Assembly (NCBI GenBank): GCA_964658305.1
Contig: OZ210885.1
Span: forward strand, 4,526,001 to 4,590,000
Reading direction: 5' to 3'
DNA length: 64,000 nucleotides
Source of the DNA: Leptogorgia sarmentosa
Taxonomy: Eukaryota
Part shown: positions 49,014-62,181 of the stretch, one piece after another
How positions within the stretch are numbered: position 1 is the first letter of the stretch
How the letters are laid out: each line of letters starts with the position of its first letter
Notes under the pieces: model-generated
Told to the model about the DNA's origin: nothing
The model's database searches: none
What the model saw: the letters and a program-made list of their open reading frames with translations, nothing else
Program-made: the position numbers and the translations under genes

Positions 49014-51942
49014 TCAGTGCTCGTCAAATTTGTATCTTTGTAGTATCGGTGTGCTCGAAATCAACTCATTCAAGATATTCTTCGCTTCCTTTTTCCACAG
49101 GATAGAATTTCTGGATTTTGATGGGCTTCCATGAACAATACTTGAACAATCTTTCACATAATTCTCTGAACAGGACACAGGCAAGAACTGGCATAGCCTC
49201 TTTATTTCTTTTGTAGGATTTTTAATCATATCCTCGCTGTAGATCGTAATGACGTCATCACCATAACGCTTGATGAGGTTGACAACTCCACTGGTCAATT
49301 GTGCATGCTCTCTTGCAATTTTATACTGTACTTCTTTAGAAGCATTGTACTAAAGAAAACAGTGCGATTAGCATTACCTGACATCAAACCAACAAAAACA
49401 TAAAGCCGAATACAGTTTCCCACTCCAATATACCTGTTAATTGAATAGTTTCTTCTTGACGTCATTGGAAAATAAAAGTCTTCGGCAATGACCGCCCCTT
49501 TCCAAAAGAGCTATACCTATGTAAAATCTATCTATTTCTTGGCTTATCAGAAAAACGAAATAGTTTTTTACACGCGTTTTTATGGTTTTTTGGCACCATA
49601 GCTGTGTTGCTAACACCCGTTCCACCCGGCCAAGAACCTCTCTAAGCCTTGTGAAAGCAATTTTCAATAAATCAGTCTGGAGCCTCTATTCGAAAAATAT
49701 CACATTTGCAATGCCCCCACCCGTGTTGTTGTTAATGAACGGTCCCCAAAGTTTCAACATACTTACTGGGTTTTTAAAAAAATTATTTCTTTCTTCGGCA
49801 GTCATTGCGTTGGACAATGCACGTAACAGTTGTGTCGCTACGATATCGAACGGGTTTCGAACAACGTGAACGAATTTAAATGGAATTTTTATCCTTTGCT
49901 TCATTTGTGGAAACACATGTTTTCTCCTTGGTTGAAATTCCAGCACCCTTATAGTCGAAGGACCATCTTTATCACCAATTACCTAACGAAACAGTTAATA
50001 TTGGCACGTTTAGATTCAATTTTAGTTCAACTAGAATTTACCAATTTGTATAGGAAATTACACGGTTCGAGAAGTATCAGCGGTATTTCGCCAAAAACAA
50101 GTGCAATTTTTCATTAATACTTCGAGAACAAGTGTAATTTCCTTTTGGTATCAAACAAATCAAAATCCATCGTAAATTTATACGAGAAACAAAAATTTTA
50201 CTGTAGTTTTACTTGTTTTCATATTTAACGCTCGCATATCGCGGGCTCGAAAACGTGGCATTTGAAAAATTAATTACACATCTGTGTAATTAATGTTTAA
50301 TTCGCACAGTTGTTGAATCTTTTTAGCCAATCAGCGTCCAGGAAATTGACTACAATGATATTCAACCGGTAATTTCACATGTTGCAGTCGATTTCCGGTC
50401 ACTTTCCAAAGCGCACCTACAGTATCAAGTTTGTTTTGAGTATTCTCAATTACATTTCCAAATTTGGAATATTGCAGTATCGAGACTTCTCAAAGCCAGC
50501 TTCTCAAACTGCATATGACGAGTTTATTGTATTCTGTACCTTGTAATTAAACGCATACGCGCAAACAGTGTTATGGTACTTCCACTCAAGTAAGTATTAT
50601 TACGGTACTTTCACTATTTTTCATTCTAGGTTGTCGCCGAAGGCCCGAAGCAGTGGCGGCGCTAGGGGGGGCAAGGGCGGGCAAATGCCCCCCAAAATTA
50701 TTTTCTGCCCCCCCATTTTGCCCCCCTAAACTATTAGTCACTGAGAGCGACTAAAGGCTACACAAGCCTGCATCCATGCGACCAAGTCGGATCTAAATTT
50801 GCGGAATTTTTAAATCCTTTAAACTTAGCATTTTCGGAACTCTGTAAAGCTGTCAAAATTGCTATGACCCTTCCGGTTAGTACTGTGGGATGTGAAAGAA
50901 CATTTAGCAAATTAAAAATAATCAAAAACCGTTTAAGAACCAGAATGTCCAACTCTAGGTTAAAATTCTTAACAGTAATCAGCATTTACAGAAAAAGAGC
51001 ACTAAGTATTGATTTGGAAAAGGTTTTTGTTTTGTATTCAAAAGTTTCCGAGGTGCCGAATTATACACTAAAATGGCATTAAAATTTGTTATACACTATA
51101 GCCGTAAAAGTGTATTTAAAAATGTTAAGTTTCCATTATGCTTGTTCACATTGTTGATTAATAACTGTAACGAAGTTGATATCTGTTAAAATAATCAAAA
51201 TTATGCATAAAAGAACGATTATTTTGCGTCATCATACATATTTAACAGTACGGCATGGCAAATAACAGTACCTTTAAAAATTCTATTTTGCCCCCCCCCC
51301 CCCCAAAATATGACTTTGCCCCTCAAATGCCCCCCAAATTCTGAGGCCTGGCGCCGCCACTGCGCTGAAGCAAATTTTTTTTCGTAGACAGTCGGACACC
51401 TCATTGATGGTCGGACACACTATTTATTAGCGTCCAGACTCTTTCACTTGATTAATGGCAAACAGGAAATGGAACCATAACAGTAATTATATAAGAGCAT
51501 CCTCCACTGACCTACCTGAATAGCCTTGTCAAAATGGCCTTGCCATTGATTTGGGACGTGGTATTTATAACCGATATGAGTAGAATCACAATTATCCGAA
51601 GATCGTTCACCTTTGGTTGCCAGTTTAACGGATCTTTCGTAGAGGGGCGGAATAAGTGGTCTCGTGTCCTTGTCCTATTTGGAAATGTCTGCCAAACCTT
51701 TAAGAAACGTGTTTCATCTGCCAATATGATGTTCGGATGGGCATCAAGTAAGGCTGCAACCAACGAGTGGCCACTTCTATGGTAACCAATAAACAGCAGA
51801 ACCAATTTCACGCCATCCCATATCCTAGATTCTAATTCCGGCACTTTTACCGAGCGAAATTCTGGTTGACCTCGGCAGCTCGGCATTTTAGTTTTGATTT
51901 TTTCAACTCGTGTTTCCAGCAATTGCTGTCCAGTTTTTTCAT
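49014..51942 (-). pseudogene. Sulfotransferase (Sulfotransfer_3 / tyrosylprotein-sulfotransferase-like), exons ~51942-51516, 49982-49767, 49349-49014, with a frameshift near 51645
   Basis: PAPS-binding motif FIGYHRSGHSLVAALLDAHP; after a 1-nt frame change YKYHVPNQWQGHF..IQ|VIGDK; then HVVRNPFD and SEDMIKNP..EIKRLCQFL. Splice sites are canonical. The 5' exon(s) were not located. Confidence 0.8.
50651..51362 (+). mobile_element. Internally deleted hAT transposon in the sulfotransferase intron
   Basis: TIR CAGTGGCGGCGC / GCGCCGCCACTG. Internal ORF 50864-51082 (TLPVSTVGCERTFSKLKIIKNRLRTRMSNSRL) is a hAT C-terminal dimerisation domain. TSD imperfect. Confidence 0.85.
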
Positions 51943-54900
51943 CTAAAACATCATTAATCATTAATAAAAAAACCACAACATTAAACAATTGATAACAGCT
52001 GGTTGACCTTGAATGTATAAGCAAATGTTCTATTCACTATGTAAATGATGCAACAAGATTCGACGTTCAGTTATCACATAGCCATTCGCTTTTGAAATAA
52101 GTGAGAATAGCTCTTGCACGAGAAAGATGTGCCGTCTTTTGCTGGCAGGTTAGGGTTAGTGTTCTGTCCTCTCCCACCGCTTTTCCGGGCTGGTTACGTC
52201 ATTCTCGGGCCACGTTCGTGAAACGTTTTGTTTTGTGTAATGGCGCCAAGTTCAAACAATCCTTTTTACCTTTTATGACAATAAAACTCTGAAAACGTTT
52301 ATTTTGAAGGGCCTAGTCGCTTCGCTAGGCGCGACTTTGAGGACTCTCTTTTCCTAACTATTGAAAGCTATAACAGGAATTGAATATTTTATAGTCATTC
52401 AAGTATATTTATTATAACGAGGACAAGTTGTCTAATGGTTTAACAACGAGAACAAGGGCGCCAATCCTGGGGGTTCGGGGGGCAGGTCCCCCCACTTTTG
52501 GCGTAGGGGGGGACACATATACAATTGTCCCCCACCCCCACTTTTTACGCCTTGTTACGCAAGTACTTTGAGATTTCAGCAAACAAAGCTTCGGAACTAT
52601 TAATATTACTAAATCTGAATTCATTCATGCATAGAAAGATTTACTAATGTATGATACAAACATCAAAATACCAAGTTTTTGTTCAAAACATAGATTACAT
52701 CTTGGTCATCTTATAAGTCCCCCAGTGTAAGGGATGGAATTTCTCAGCATTGGCCAATCCATGGTAAAATTTCTATTGCTTTGTCTAGAATGCTAAAGCC
52801 TAAACGGTGTTTGGAAAGCCCCGTTTCATTTGAATGTTTTGTACAGTAAACATGATTTTTGTTCAATAAAATTAAATAGGGAATATTATTTCTTCGGTGT
52901 TAATTGAATGATAATGACCATGTCAGCGTGAAGCTTGTTTACATTAATTACATTACATTTATGCTTATAACAGTTTTATTTCCCATCAGTAAAGGTTTAT
53001 AGGCACCGTTATGGCATCCCGTGACATTTCGCAATGGCTTATTAAAACTTCAACTCCCAGGTTCAATCCAGGCATTTCCTCACATTTTGCATTGTGTTAA
53101 TTATAAATAGGGACTTTAAATCTATACAATTATTGATTTTTCTGAATTTCGTAGTCCCAACGTAGCGTTTGGAATGGAAAACTCTTTGGCAAGTATACTA
53201 TTGCTAATGCTGTAACTTGCTATATTATATTAAACAATTATTGAATGAGGTCGAGTAGGATATGAGGAATTATTAATAATTCAGCATATCCTACGAGAAC
53301 CGAATTCAATAATTGTTTTATTATTTATTTGTATCTTTATCAGACTTAGGGTAAACGCATTGTACACAAGAACCTTCTTTGAGAAAGCGATTTGTATTTT
53401 TCAGCTTTTGGCAAAAGCAGCATAAATTAGCCGACGTCATAATGTCATATAATTTTCAATATACGACATAATTACGTCATAATGTCGTATATGAGGATTT
53501 GAAGAATATAAAAGACGTAAAATATTATAACTATTAAATGCGTTTCTAAAACCTGTGATTTAATCACGGAATGGATATTTTTGGGAAAATCTGACCATAT
53601 CATTCGATATGTTCTAGATCCGCTTTCTGATTTTGTGTTAGCACTTTTTGTGTCTGTAACAAATGATCTCATGTAGACGTAGTTCAGTTCGCTGTTAATG
53701 CTCGTGCATGATTTGCTTATTGTCGGCCTTCTTATAACTTTTTTGTGATGATTTCTATTTCAGTCTGTGGACAAAGCTCTTTGAGGAATAAGTATCCAAA
53801 GAATGCATGTATGCGAAAAGCATGTCGTAATTATTTTTGTACGAATTTCAATGCGAATTCTCTCGATAGAGAAAATTGCTTTAATACAAAGAAAATTGAA
53901 CTGCTCGGTGGTGATGCCGGATTGTTAGTCGAAACTTCCAGAATTTGTTATTTTGAAGTTGATTTATATTAATCTATATTAATTTATATTAATTGCATTA
54001 CATTTACTGTCATTCAGTTTTTTCATATATACATATTAATTCCATAGTATTGCCTGTCCCTATCACATCTCGTGTAAATTATTAGATATCGTTCTATATG
54101 TTGCATTGTTGTAAATGGATGGGCATAAACAATTAAATAAATAAATTAATAATAAGGCAATAAAGAGACCAAAAATATCTGCTACGCAAAACAGCTTTTC
54201 TCATAATAATTCAACGCGATTTAGATTCAATGCTAATAATCTCGCGGTCGTATGTTTCCCTTTATGCTTATAAATCGTCAATTTCTAACCCACCTGACTG
54301 TAGTATTGCGTTTGATGCTGAGAGCACTATTTCCTGAGATAATCTTTGTTCTTGGTGACCGGCGTTATACATTATTACGACACAGGCACCAGCCAGAAAT
54401 GACAGAGCAACCTGGATAAACCTCGTGACACGAACCATGGTATAACTATTCCAATTTTGTCGCGGTCGAAGTGTTGGGCATGCGAGCTTGATCGATCAAT
54501 ACGACTGGACTATTCAATTTTCTGCAAGTTATGACTGTGTCTAATTAACCATGCACGTCACTGCAGAGCACTTCATTGCAAGTAGATATATAAATAGATC
54601 TGTGTTGATGACGCACCAGGGGCGAAGCGTGACCCTTTATGCATGTGGGAATCATAAATAGGGGGAGACCGATCCATTGAACATTTAGAACCTCTACGTA
54701 CATTGCTGAAACCGACCATTCCAGAGTCTCGAGCCTACCTTTGAGACTCTACCTATAGTCAGATATGTTCTCTGTTCGGATCGGATATGTTATATGTATT
54801 ACACAACGAAAGAGGTATATTATGACATCTCGAAAATGCCATTTCCGACGATCTAGAGACCCCAAATTTTCAAAATTTTCTCGCTCAGCGCCAACCACGG

Positions 54901-55544
54901 TGACGCCTCGTGAGCTTCGTTTCCCACTATATGTCAGCTCCCTCCCCCACTTCCGCCGTCCCTGTCGGGCAAACAATAATGTGCCTCCCCCCAAAAGTTA
55001 TAGGGCCCGTACGCCCATGCAACGTACACGTTCAAAGGTATACACTAACTTTGTTATACCATCCACGAAAGTTCAAGCTATAAGCGTATGAAAGCTTGGT
55101 AAAAGAACTCAAATTTACACCTACAACGAAATGGAATAATGGTTGAGCGACGTGATATTAGAATTAAACCGCGCAAGATGAGTTACAGAATGAGTGACAG
55201 GAATAAGCATATATACGCAGATGGAAGTACAGAGATTTGTATTTCCATGCAAATTATGAGCAAATAGTTCCACCCCGATATTCTTTTTCCTATTCATCAA
55301 ATCTGACAGTATAAACGAGTATTATTTTTCTTATTTGTCTTTAGGTTGACAAAAATATTAGTTTTAATGTCAACATTAATCAGCTGCTTAACACAATGTC
55401 AAGGGCGCTAGGGATATACAAACACCGACTACAAGGCGTCTTTGAAATGTCAATATCCAGTCGAACAAAACTTTAAATTACCTAGCTACTTCCTTTTCCA
55501 ATATATAAAATTTTTATTCCGGTGGTTAACATGCTGATACAACC

Positions 55545-56534
55545 ATGGAAAATAATGCGTCATATTTCTCTACAATACCGAGTGAGATTCTTATCTCGTC
55601 CGTTGTGTTTAAATTCTTCGCAATGGTTATTGGAGTTTTGGGAAATATCACAGTTATAATTTATACAATTTTTACGAGCAAAGAAAAGACAGCGACATCT
55701 TACTTGGTTGGAAACCTGGCATTGGCAGATCTTCTCGTGTGTTTAACATTTTATCCAATATGGATCATAGAATTTATACAGACTTTATTCAACATCGATA
55801 GTGATCAGGATTTATTTTGCAAGTTAAGTCGTTCCAGCATAAAAGCATTACTACTCGTTTCGGTGGCTACACTTCTGTCAATTACTGTTGATCGATGTTT
55901 ATATATTGTAAAACCTCTCAAATATCCGCTGATCGTGACCAAACGACGGGTTTTTGTAGCTATGTCAGGCATTTGGCTAACTGCTTGCTGTTCTTCCATT
56001 CTTTCACTTGTCCATTATCGGAGACCGGAAGAACATTTCAGAGGTTTTTGCCACGTGAGGGACGAAGTGTATTATTTCATACAAACGTTCACTGTCTATC
56101 TTCCACTGACCTTGATAGTAATTCTCAATGTTTGGATTTTAATCGTTGCGGAGAAACAACGAAAACGTATCTTGACGGAAACTGCCATAGGCTTTACGAC
56201 TTACAACAGAAAAGCAAGAAACAAAATGAGTGCTATCAATCGATTATTTCACGCTCTTAAAGCAGTTAAAACATTTTTTATCGTTGTTGCAGTTCTGACT
56301 TTCTGTGTTTTGATACCGACAGTGGTTGGGACGGTGGTGCATAAAGTATCTTCATGCAGTGCTTCATGCAAGCAGTTGTGGTTTGTAGTGTTTAATTATG
56401 AATTTTACGGAATAAACTCAATTGTGAATGCTTTCATCTATGGAATGAGACATATCAAATACAGAAAAGCTTATGGACGCATTCTTTTTAAAATGTTTTC
56501 CACTAGGCGAGAATTTCCAAAACTTTTGCGGTGA
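55545..56534 (+). CDS. Class A GPCR, copy 6, 329 aa
   Basis: Paralog of copies 1-5 with DRC and NAFIY. Confidence 0.93.
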   Translation: MENNASYFSTIPSEILISSVVFKFFAMVIGVLGNITVIIYTIFTSKEKTATSYLVGNLALADLLVCLTFYPIWIIEFIQTLFNIDSDQDLFCKLSRSSIKALLLVSVATLLSITVDRCLYIVKPLKYPLIVTKRRVFVAMSGIWLTACCSSILSLVHYRRPEEHFRGFCHVRDEVYYFIQTFTVYLPLTLIVILNVWILIVAEKQRKRILTETAIGFTTYNRKARNKMSAINRLFHALKAVKTFFIVVAVLTFCVLIPTVVGTVVHKVSSCSASCKQLWFVVFNYEFYGINSIVNAFIYGMRHIKYRKAYGRILFKMFSTRREFPKLLR

Positions 56535-57414
56535 AAATTTTTTCAGCCAATCGTGTTGCTAGATTCTTGTTTTAGCCCGTGAATCAAACCGCAAAGTGGG
56601 AAATAAACTTCAAGGACTTGCTTCAGTCCTTGTGATGGATTGAAGTATTGAAATGCATATGCATGTATTTCTAGTGGCGTAGGAATTTGACATATTGATA
56701 TAATCGTGCGCACGAATATACCGATAGGGGTTAAAATATGCTGTACAAGCCATAAAATGTTTGAGAAATTTGGTGCACGCTGAGAGGAACGCGTGATGTC
56801 CTTAAACTGGATTTTCTATCGCTTGTTAGCTTGCGAATTTCCCATTGTAATTTATTCAAGCATTCCATCATGCATAAATTAATCGGTAATCACTCAGGAA
56901 ATAGAACAAGATACGGTTTTCGGATACCTAATGTTTGTCTCTTCACACTCTAAATTCCTCAAACATGTGACGCGTTGTAAATGAAATACTAGTGAAATGG
57001 AATTGCGTGAAAAATCTCAGTTTTTGTGCGCAACCTCTTATCTTAAGTAATAAGCACCTTTCAGCAACACATTTCCTACTCCAAGTAAGATAGAATTTGA
57101 AATAAATTTGGTGCTAGACTACTATAAACTACTTTCAATATAGGCTAGCTGAAAGTTTTCGGAAATTTTGCGCGCATCTTAAGGGAATATTTCCAACTGT
57201 AAAGTTTTTTTCCGAAACATCTTGTAAGGGAACTGACGCATATATATACACAGAATGAAACCGTCAAAGTAAGATGTAAGTTGTCATGTATCGTCAGTAT
57301 ATTATTGTATTTTGGTTAAAATTACATATCTTCATCGCTTCAGACAGTATTTAAACAAGCATTTATTAAAGCGATAAATAATTCACAGACTTCTAAAATA
57401 AAGATATTACTAAT

Positions 57415-59198
57415 CAGGGGCGGATCTAGCCAATTTCTTGACTGATGCTCGGAGAAGACCTTCAGCAATTTAGGGGGGTCCGGGGGCATGCCCCCCCGGA
57501 AAATTTTTGAAATGTGGACCTCGCAAATGCCATTTCCTGCGTTCTGAGCAAACCTTTAGTGCAGAAATTCGCATTTTCAAACTGAGTAAAATAGAGGCGC
57601 ATTTAGCGAAAAAAATAATGTGGATACAATTTCATGTCAACAATAGGATGACGCTATATAGGTCGAAACACTTCACGTTACAAATACTATAGCATGTAAA
57701 CAATGTTATATTTCCCACGCGGTGGCTTCGCATTTTAATATAGGCAGCTTGCCCGATTAATACGTTCGTATAACCATGACCAAACAAAAATATCTTGCCT
57801 AAATAAGTAGAATCACTCAATCACGATACTATTGTGCAGATGTTTTTGAATATCTCTGATCGAAGGTTGATATAAACCACCACTATTGACGCGCCAATAT
57901 TGCAAATCCTTTACGAATATTATTATCATCGCATGCATAATAATTATATGCTAATATCTACACACGACTTAACCTGAGTTAACCAGTGAAATATAACAAT
58001 ATTCAATGAAATCGAAACCTAAAATGATATATTTTAGATATACACACTACCTCACAGGCTGGCGAGATCGACTTTCTTCGACGCTCAGACACTATAGTAT
58101 ATATAGTATAGTTTATTATATGGACAGCGGTATTTTATTGGGAACTAAAACACTCGTAGAACTCATACGCCACTACATCCGGGATACGGTGCGCGTATTT
58201 TCCGTATGTCACGCTTAGGGGTGACATAACCTTCCCGCCTTTTTCGCTGTTTACAAATGGCGTCAAGTTCAAGGTTTGTGAATTTAAGCGAAGACGATAT
58301 TAGTACGTTTTGTGACCAACAATAAAGCTACAATACTACAATAAACTACAATAAAGCGGTATTTTATAATCTAAATTTAGTAGAGGCTAATTTTAAAGCA
58401 ATTAATTGTCGTGTTTTTTAGACTGCATGTTTTCATTAAAAGGGTTAGTTGTTGTGTATTTGTGTCACTCTGAATAAGTCCATATAATAAACAGAACATT
58501 ACACGGTTCGCTCGAAGATATGGATTTTATGTTCTCGTGGCAAAGAACAATATCTCACTCGTTCGCTGCGCTCACTCGTGAGATATTGTTCTTGCCACTC
58601 GAACATAAAATCCATATCTTCTCGCAACCGTGTAATATCCTATATATATGTGAGCTTATAGACTATAGTATTATCACAGGTTAGTGATTAATCTGTGGGA
58701 TTATATTCCGACAATTTTCATGCAAGACGCAATGCTATTGGTTTGCATCAGTCGACTGATGCAAGCCAATAGCATTGCGTATGTTGAAGAAAAGTCATTG
58801 GCTTGCATCAGTCAGAAGTCTCTTCTCATTGGCTTGCATCAGTCAGTTTGAATTCACTATTGCAAGTGAACGGTCCCGCATCAGCATGCATCATTCGACA
58901 AGTATAGCGCGCTCAGTGAGCGCTGAGGCCTGTGGGCGCGCATAATGGAGTGTTTTTCTGCGAGTACTTCAAGTAATTCACATAAAGGGCATTGAACTTT
59001 AAATTGAGCGAAGATAATGCGTAATTTATCGCTTCGAATGACCACAAAACAATATTAGACTTCATTTTGTCACGTTCATTCTTGTTTGTCGATGTCGTGA
59101 CGAAGTGAATAAAAATTTAATACATTCGAATTAAAGCTTTTCAGTCAGAATTTGACTGTTGCTCAAGCATCTGTTGCATCAGTCTGGATCCGCCCCTG
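57415..59198. mobile_element. Non-autonomous DNA transposon (CAGGGGCGGATC ends) with a 5-bp TSD, containing a nested hairpin-ended element
   Basis: CAGGGGCGGATCTAG / CTGGATCCGCCCCTG, TSD CTAAT. Subterminal repeats of ATTGGCTTGCATCAGTC at 58735-58845. Confidence 0.75.
58100..58645 (+). mobile_element. Non-autonomous Crypton-like element with a terminal GA-mismatch hairpin
   Basis: Relic ORF 58257-58325 MASSSRFVNLSEDDISTFCDQQ* resembles CryptonA N-termini. Inverted repeat gtttattatatggac/gtccatataataaac and a hairpin at 58495-58640. Confidence 0.55.
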
Positions 59199-59851
59199 CT
59201 AATGAGACATGTCCTTTAATGAAAATATAACTCCGGCCACGATTTGGTGTGAATCTCCTTCTCTGAGAGAAAAAATTCGCTCGGGCAAAGTGAGCAAGGG
59301 GCTGATTAGATAGAGAAATTTCAGCCCGGGCTGAGAAATTATCCCACATGTTGCCGTATGGAGAAGAGAAAGATTATTCGTGTTTGTTATTCAGATTGAA
59401 AGGTAATCTGAATAACAAACACGAAGTGTGTAACATGAGCTTCTGTTATTCAAACTGTACTCCTAGCTCTTATCAATACGTCAACAGCCGAAATAAAATT
59501 TCTCTGAAATTAAATAAACTAACATTACATGTGTTCAAATGTTAAGCAAAGACAATCATTTTTAGTTTTGACAAATCGGTGTTCTTTCTCCTTTCATGGC
59601 TTTTCGTTTTTTATGTTTTAATTTCTGTTCATATGCACTTTAATGAGTTACCTAGCAACCTTCACGTCTGCTCGACAATGCCCAACAAGACATTTCTTTC
59701 AATATTTTTTTATTTGAGCGAAAAGCGAACAAAACATTCTGAAGAATTGCGTTGTTGCCTTTGCTGCATTCAACAATAACACATTATCATGCGTCATTGC
59801 TAAGGGAGTTTATCCACAGGTGACTTCTTCAGGAAACGGCAATACGTTAAG

Positions 59852-60340
59852 CAAGGGCGGAAATCCATGTCAGAAAGTGGGGGGGACACCTCCGCGGCGC
59901 TGAACTATTAGTTAATTATTAATTAGTAATTCATTTACACTTAAACCTTCAATGTTGTATTCATTATAAAATTTCTTTGACTGTTCTTTCCTCGAAGAAA
60001 GTTTATGATGACATCTACAATCGATACTCGGTAATTATAAGGTTGTAAACAAAACAGCAAAGGAGCAATAAATATGTATATATACTTCAATCAGTTACGA
60101 TTGTAATTCTAAATTTTCATATAAAAACAATTTAAATAGGTCTGAAGTCTTTCCTTTGAAGTTTGAATTAATTCAGATTTAGTAATATTAATAGTTCCGA
60201 AGCTTTGTTAGCTGAAATGTCAAAGTACTTGCGTAACAAGGCGTGAAAAGTGGGGGGGACAATTGTATATGTGTCCCCCCCTACGCAAAAAGTGGGGGGG
60301 GGACCTGTCCCCCCCGACCCCCCCAGGATTGACGCCCTTG
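59852..60340. mobile_element. Non-autonomous hAT element, same end family as 23924-25084; partial relative at ~52453-52625
   Basis: Ends CAAGGGCGGAAATCC / GGATTGACGCCCTTG and a perfect 8-bp TSD ACGTTAAG. Confidence 0.85.
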
Positions 60341-60968
60341 ACGTTAAGCGCCGGAAGGGACCAAGGAGCACATTTCCCAAGATTCCACTCCAATTCATAA
60401 TCCTCCAACACCATGTTGGAGTCTCCTCCCCTTAGGGCATTCCTCATCCCACCCTTTACTCCAGCCATCTGGACCATCTAGTGTTGCTCTTGATTCGTCA
60501 GTAAAAAAAACAAACTTTGTGTCCAGATTTCTAAAACGACTTTGCAAAAAATGGCAAAATCACAAAGTTCGGCGAAATATTATAGATAAAGCAAGCTTCC
60601 AATATTCAATCTCCAGAAAGTCACAGTACTTTGTGCAAGGCGATAAAGCGTAATATTTCGCTCGAACGAAGTCGACAACCAATAGAGAATTTTTTTCCTT
60701 TCTTTTAAGAATTACAAATCATTCTCCATGAAATGAAAGATACGTTTATTAGATTATTTAACATAAAATTCACCGTGCAAAACTACAGTTACACGAATCA
60801 TTCATGTGCTGTTCATAATTCTTCATTAATAATCCTACAAGTTGTACGTATATAATTATAAATTCATACAACATATCTACAGAATCATTCACAGATTATA
60901 AGTACAGTTTTTATGAGCTATTCTATGTCAATAATGCGGTAAAGGTAATATAGTACTGTCTGTCCTCA

Positions 60969-62181
60969 TCACCAGCAACGCAGTTTTCCAAGGGTATGAA
61001 ATCCCGTCTCTGAGATATCACCAGTATCTCCAAATCTGAGCTGTGTAACTGGTAATGTGTCCCTGTCTGTCAGATATCCACTGTCTTCTCGCAGTGTCTG
61101 AGCATTGTTGCTACAGTGGCATCTTCCTCCACCAACACAACTGTTGGTCATCCCGCAGGCACAATTTCCACTGTCGACTGCCGCTCCTCCCCAGTAATTC
61201 ATCCTCGATCCTTGTCGGGACACCCACCAACTATATGAACAACCGTCGCCGTACCACATCACACTACCTTGACATTCATACTTTATAAACTGCTCACATT
61301 TTCGTGATTGCTGTATTATAGCCACAATTTGTTCCATCTTTAAATCATACGTGATATTGCGTTTGTATGATCCTGGAGCTTCATATCCTGTCACCACTGT
61401 CCTTGTTTCACTGTCATGTCCAACTTCGGTGACGCCAATACCATTTTTTGATGTCATATCACAATGGACTGTGACTGGTGAATCAAGTTCTTTAGGATGT
61501 ATTGTGTATTTACCACTCGCTGCTGAAGGCTGTTTTATTTTCAAAATTCTACACGATTCACTTGGATGCAATCTGTCGATTATACCTGCATTCGTGAATA
61601 CATATGATAAATTTAATGTATCAATGTTCAAAACTGATGGTATGCATGCATTATCAAACAAATCTGCTTTGACTGTAATAAGAGAACTGACTGAAACGAA
61701 AAACATTTTGAAAAATATTTCCAATTCTTAACCTTAAAAAAAAAAGATGTGTTCCAGCAATCTACATCCAGTTAATATTTCACAAAACCAAACTTTTATT
61801 GAGCATGAATACTCCAAAAGGCAAGTATAGTAAATAGTACTTAAAAACGACCAAAAAACGCACAAACTATGAATAATGATCATTAGTATAAACCAGAGCG
61901 TCTCGTTTTTAAAGTGTTTTATTTTCAAACTTAAACTTTTGCATACTTCGGGATTTCCGCAAAACCGCGCTGTTTAGTCTCTGAGCTTTTCGACCTAATT
62001 TCTATTTTGAATTTTGTTTATGCATCTCAGTTTATACTGTAAAAACAATTAGACAGATTCGCCCTCGTCGACAACCTGGCCTCACTGTCTAATTGATAAA
62101 TATCGGGTTGTCTGCGTCACTACCTTGAAATCCTTTGATTGTATTTTCCAGACTCTTTACTTTTTGCTCCAGCTGTTTGAT
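60969..62181 (-). CDS. Coiled-coil plus CNTNAP/neurexin-IV-type fibrinogen-like domain protein; last two exons 62181-62124 and 61585-60969, 5' exons not located
   Basis: IKQLEQKVKSLENTIKGFQG|IIDRLHPSESC..SGKYTIHP..VHCDMT..HDSE..CEQFIKYEC..WWVSR.G..MNYWGGA..CACG..C.C..DSGYLT..LPVTQLRFGDTG..LGKLRCW*. Splice phases agree. Confidence 0.85.

Noticed and set aside
61351..61731. Overlapping antisense or alternative-frame ORFs (also 11667-12035, 11821-12126, 55895-56260)
   Set aside because: Shadows of real coding exons with no independent motifs.
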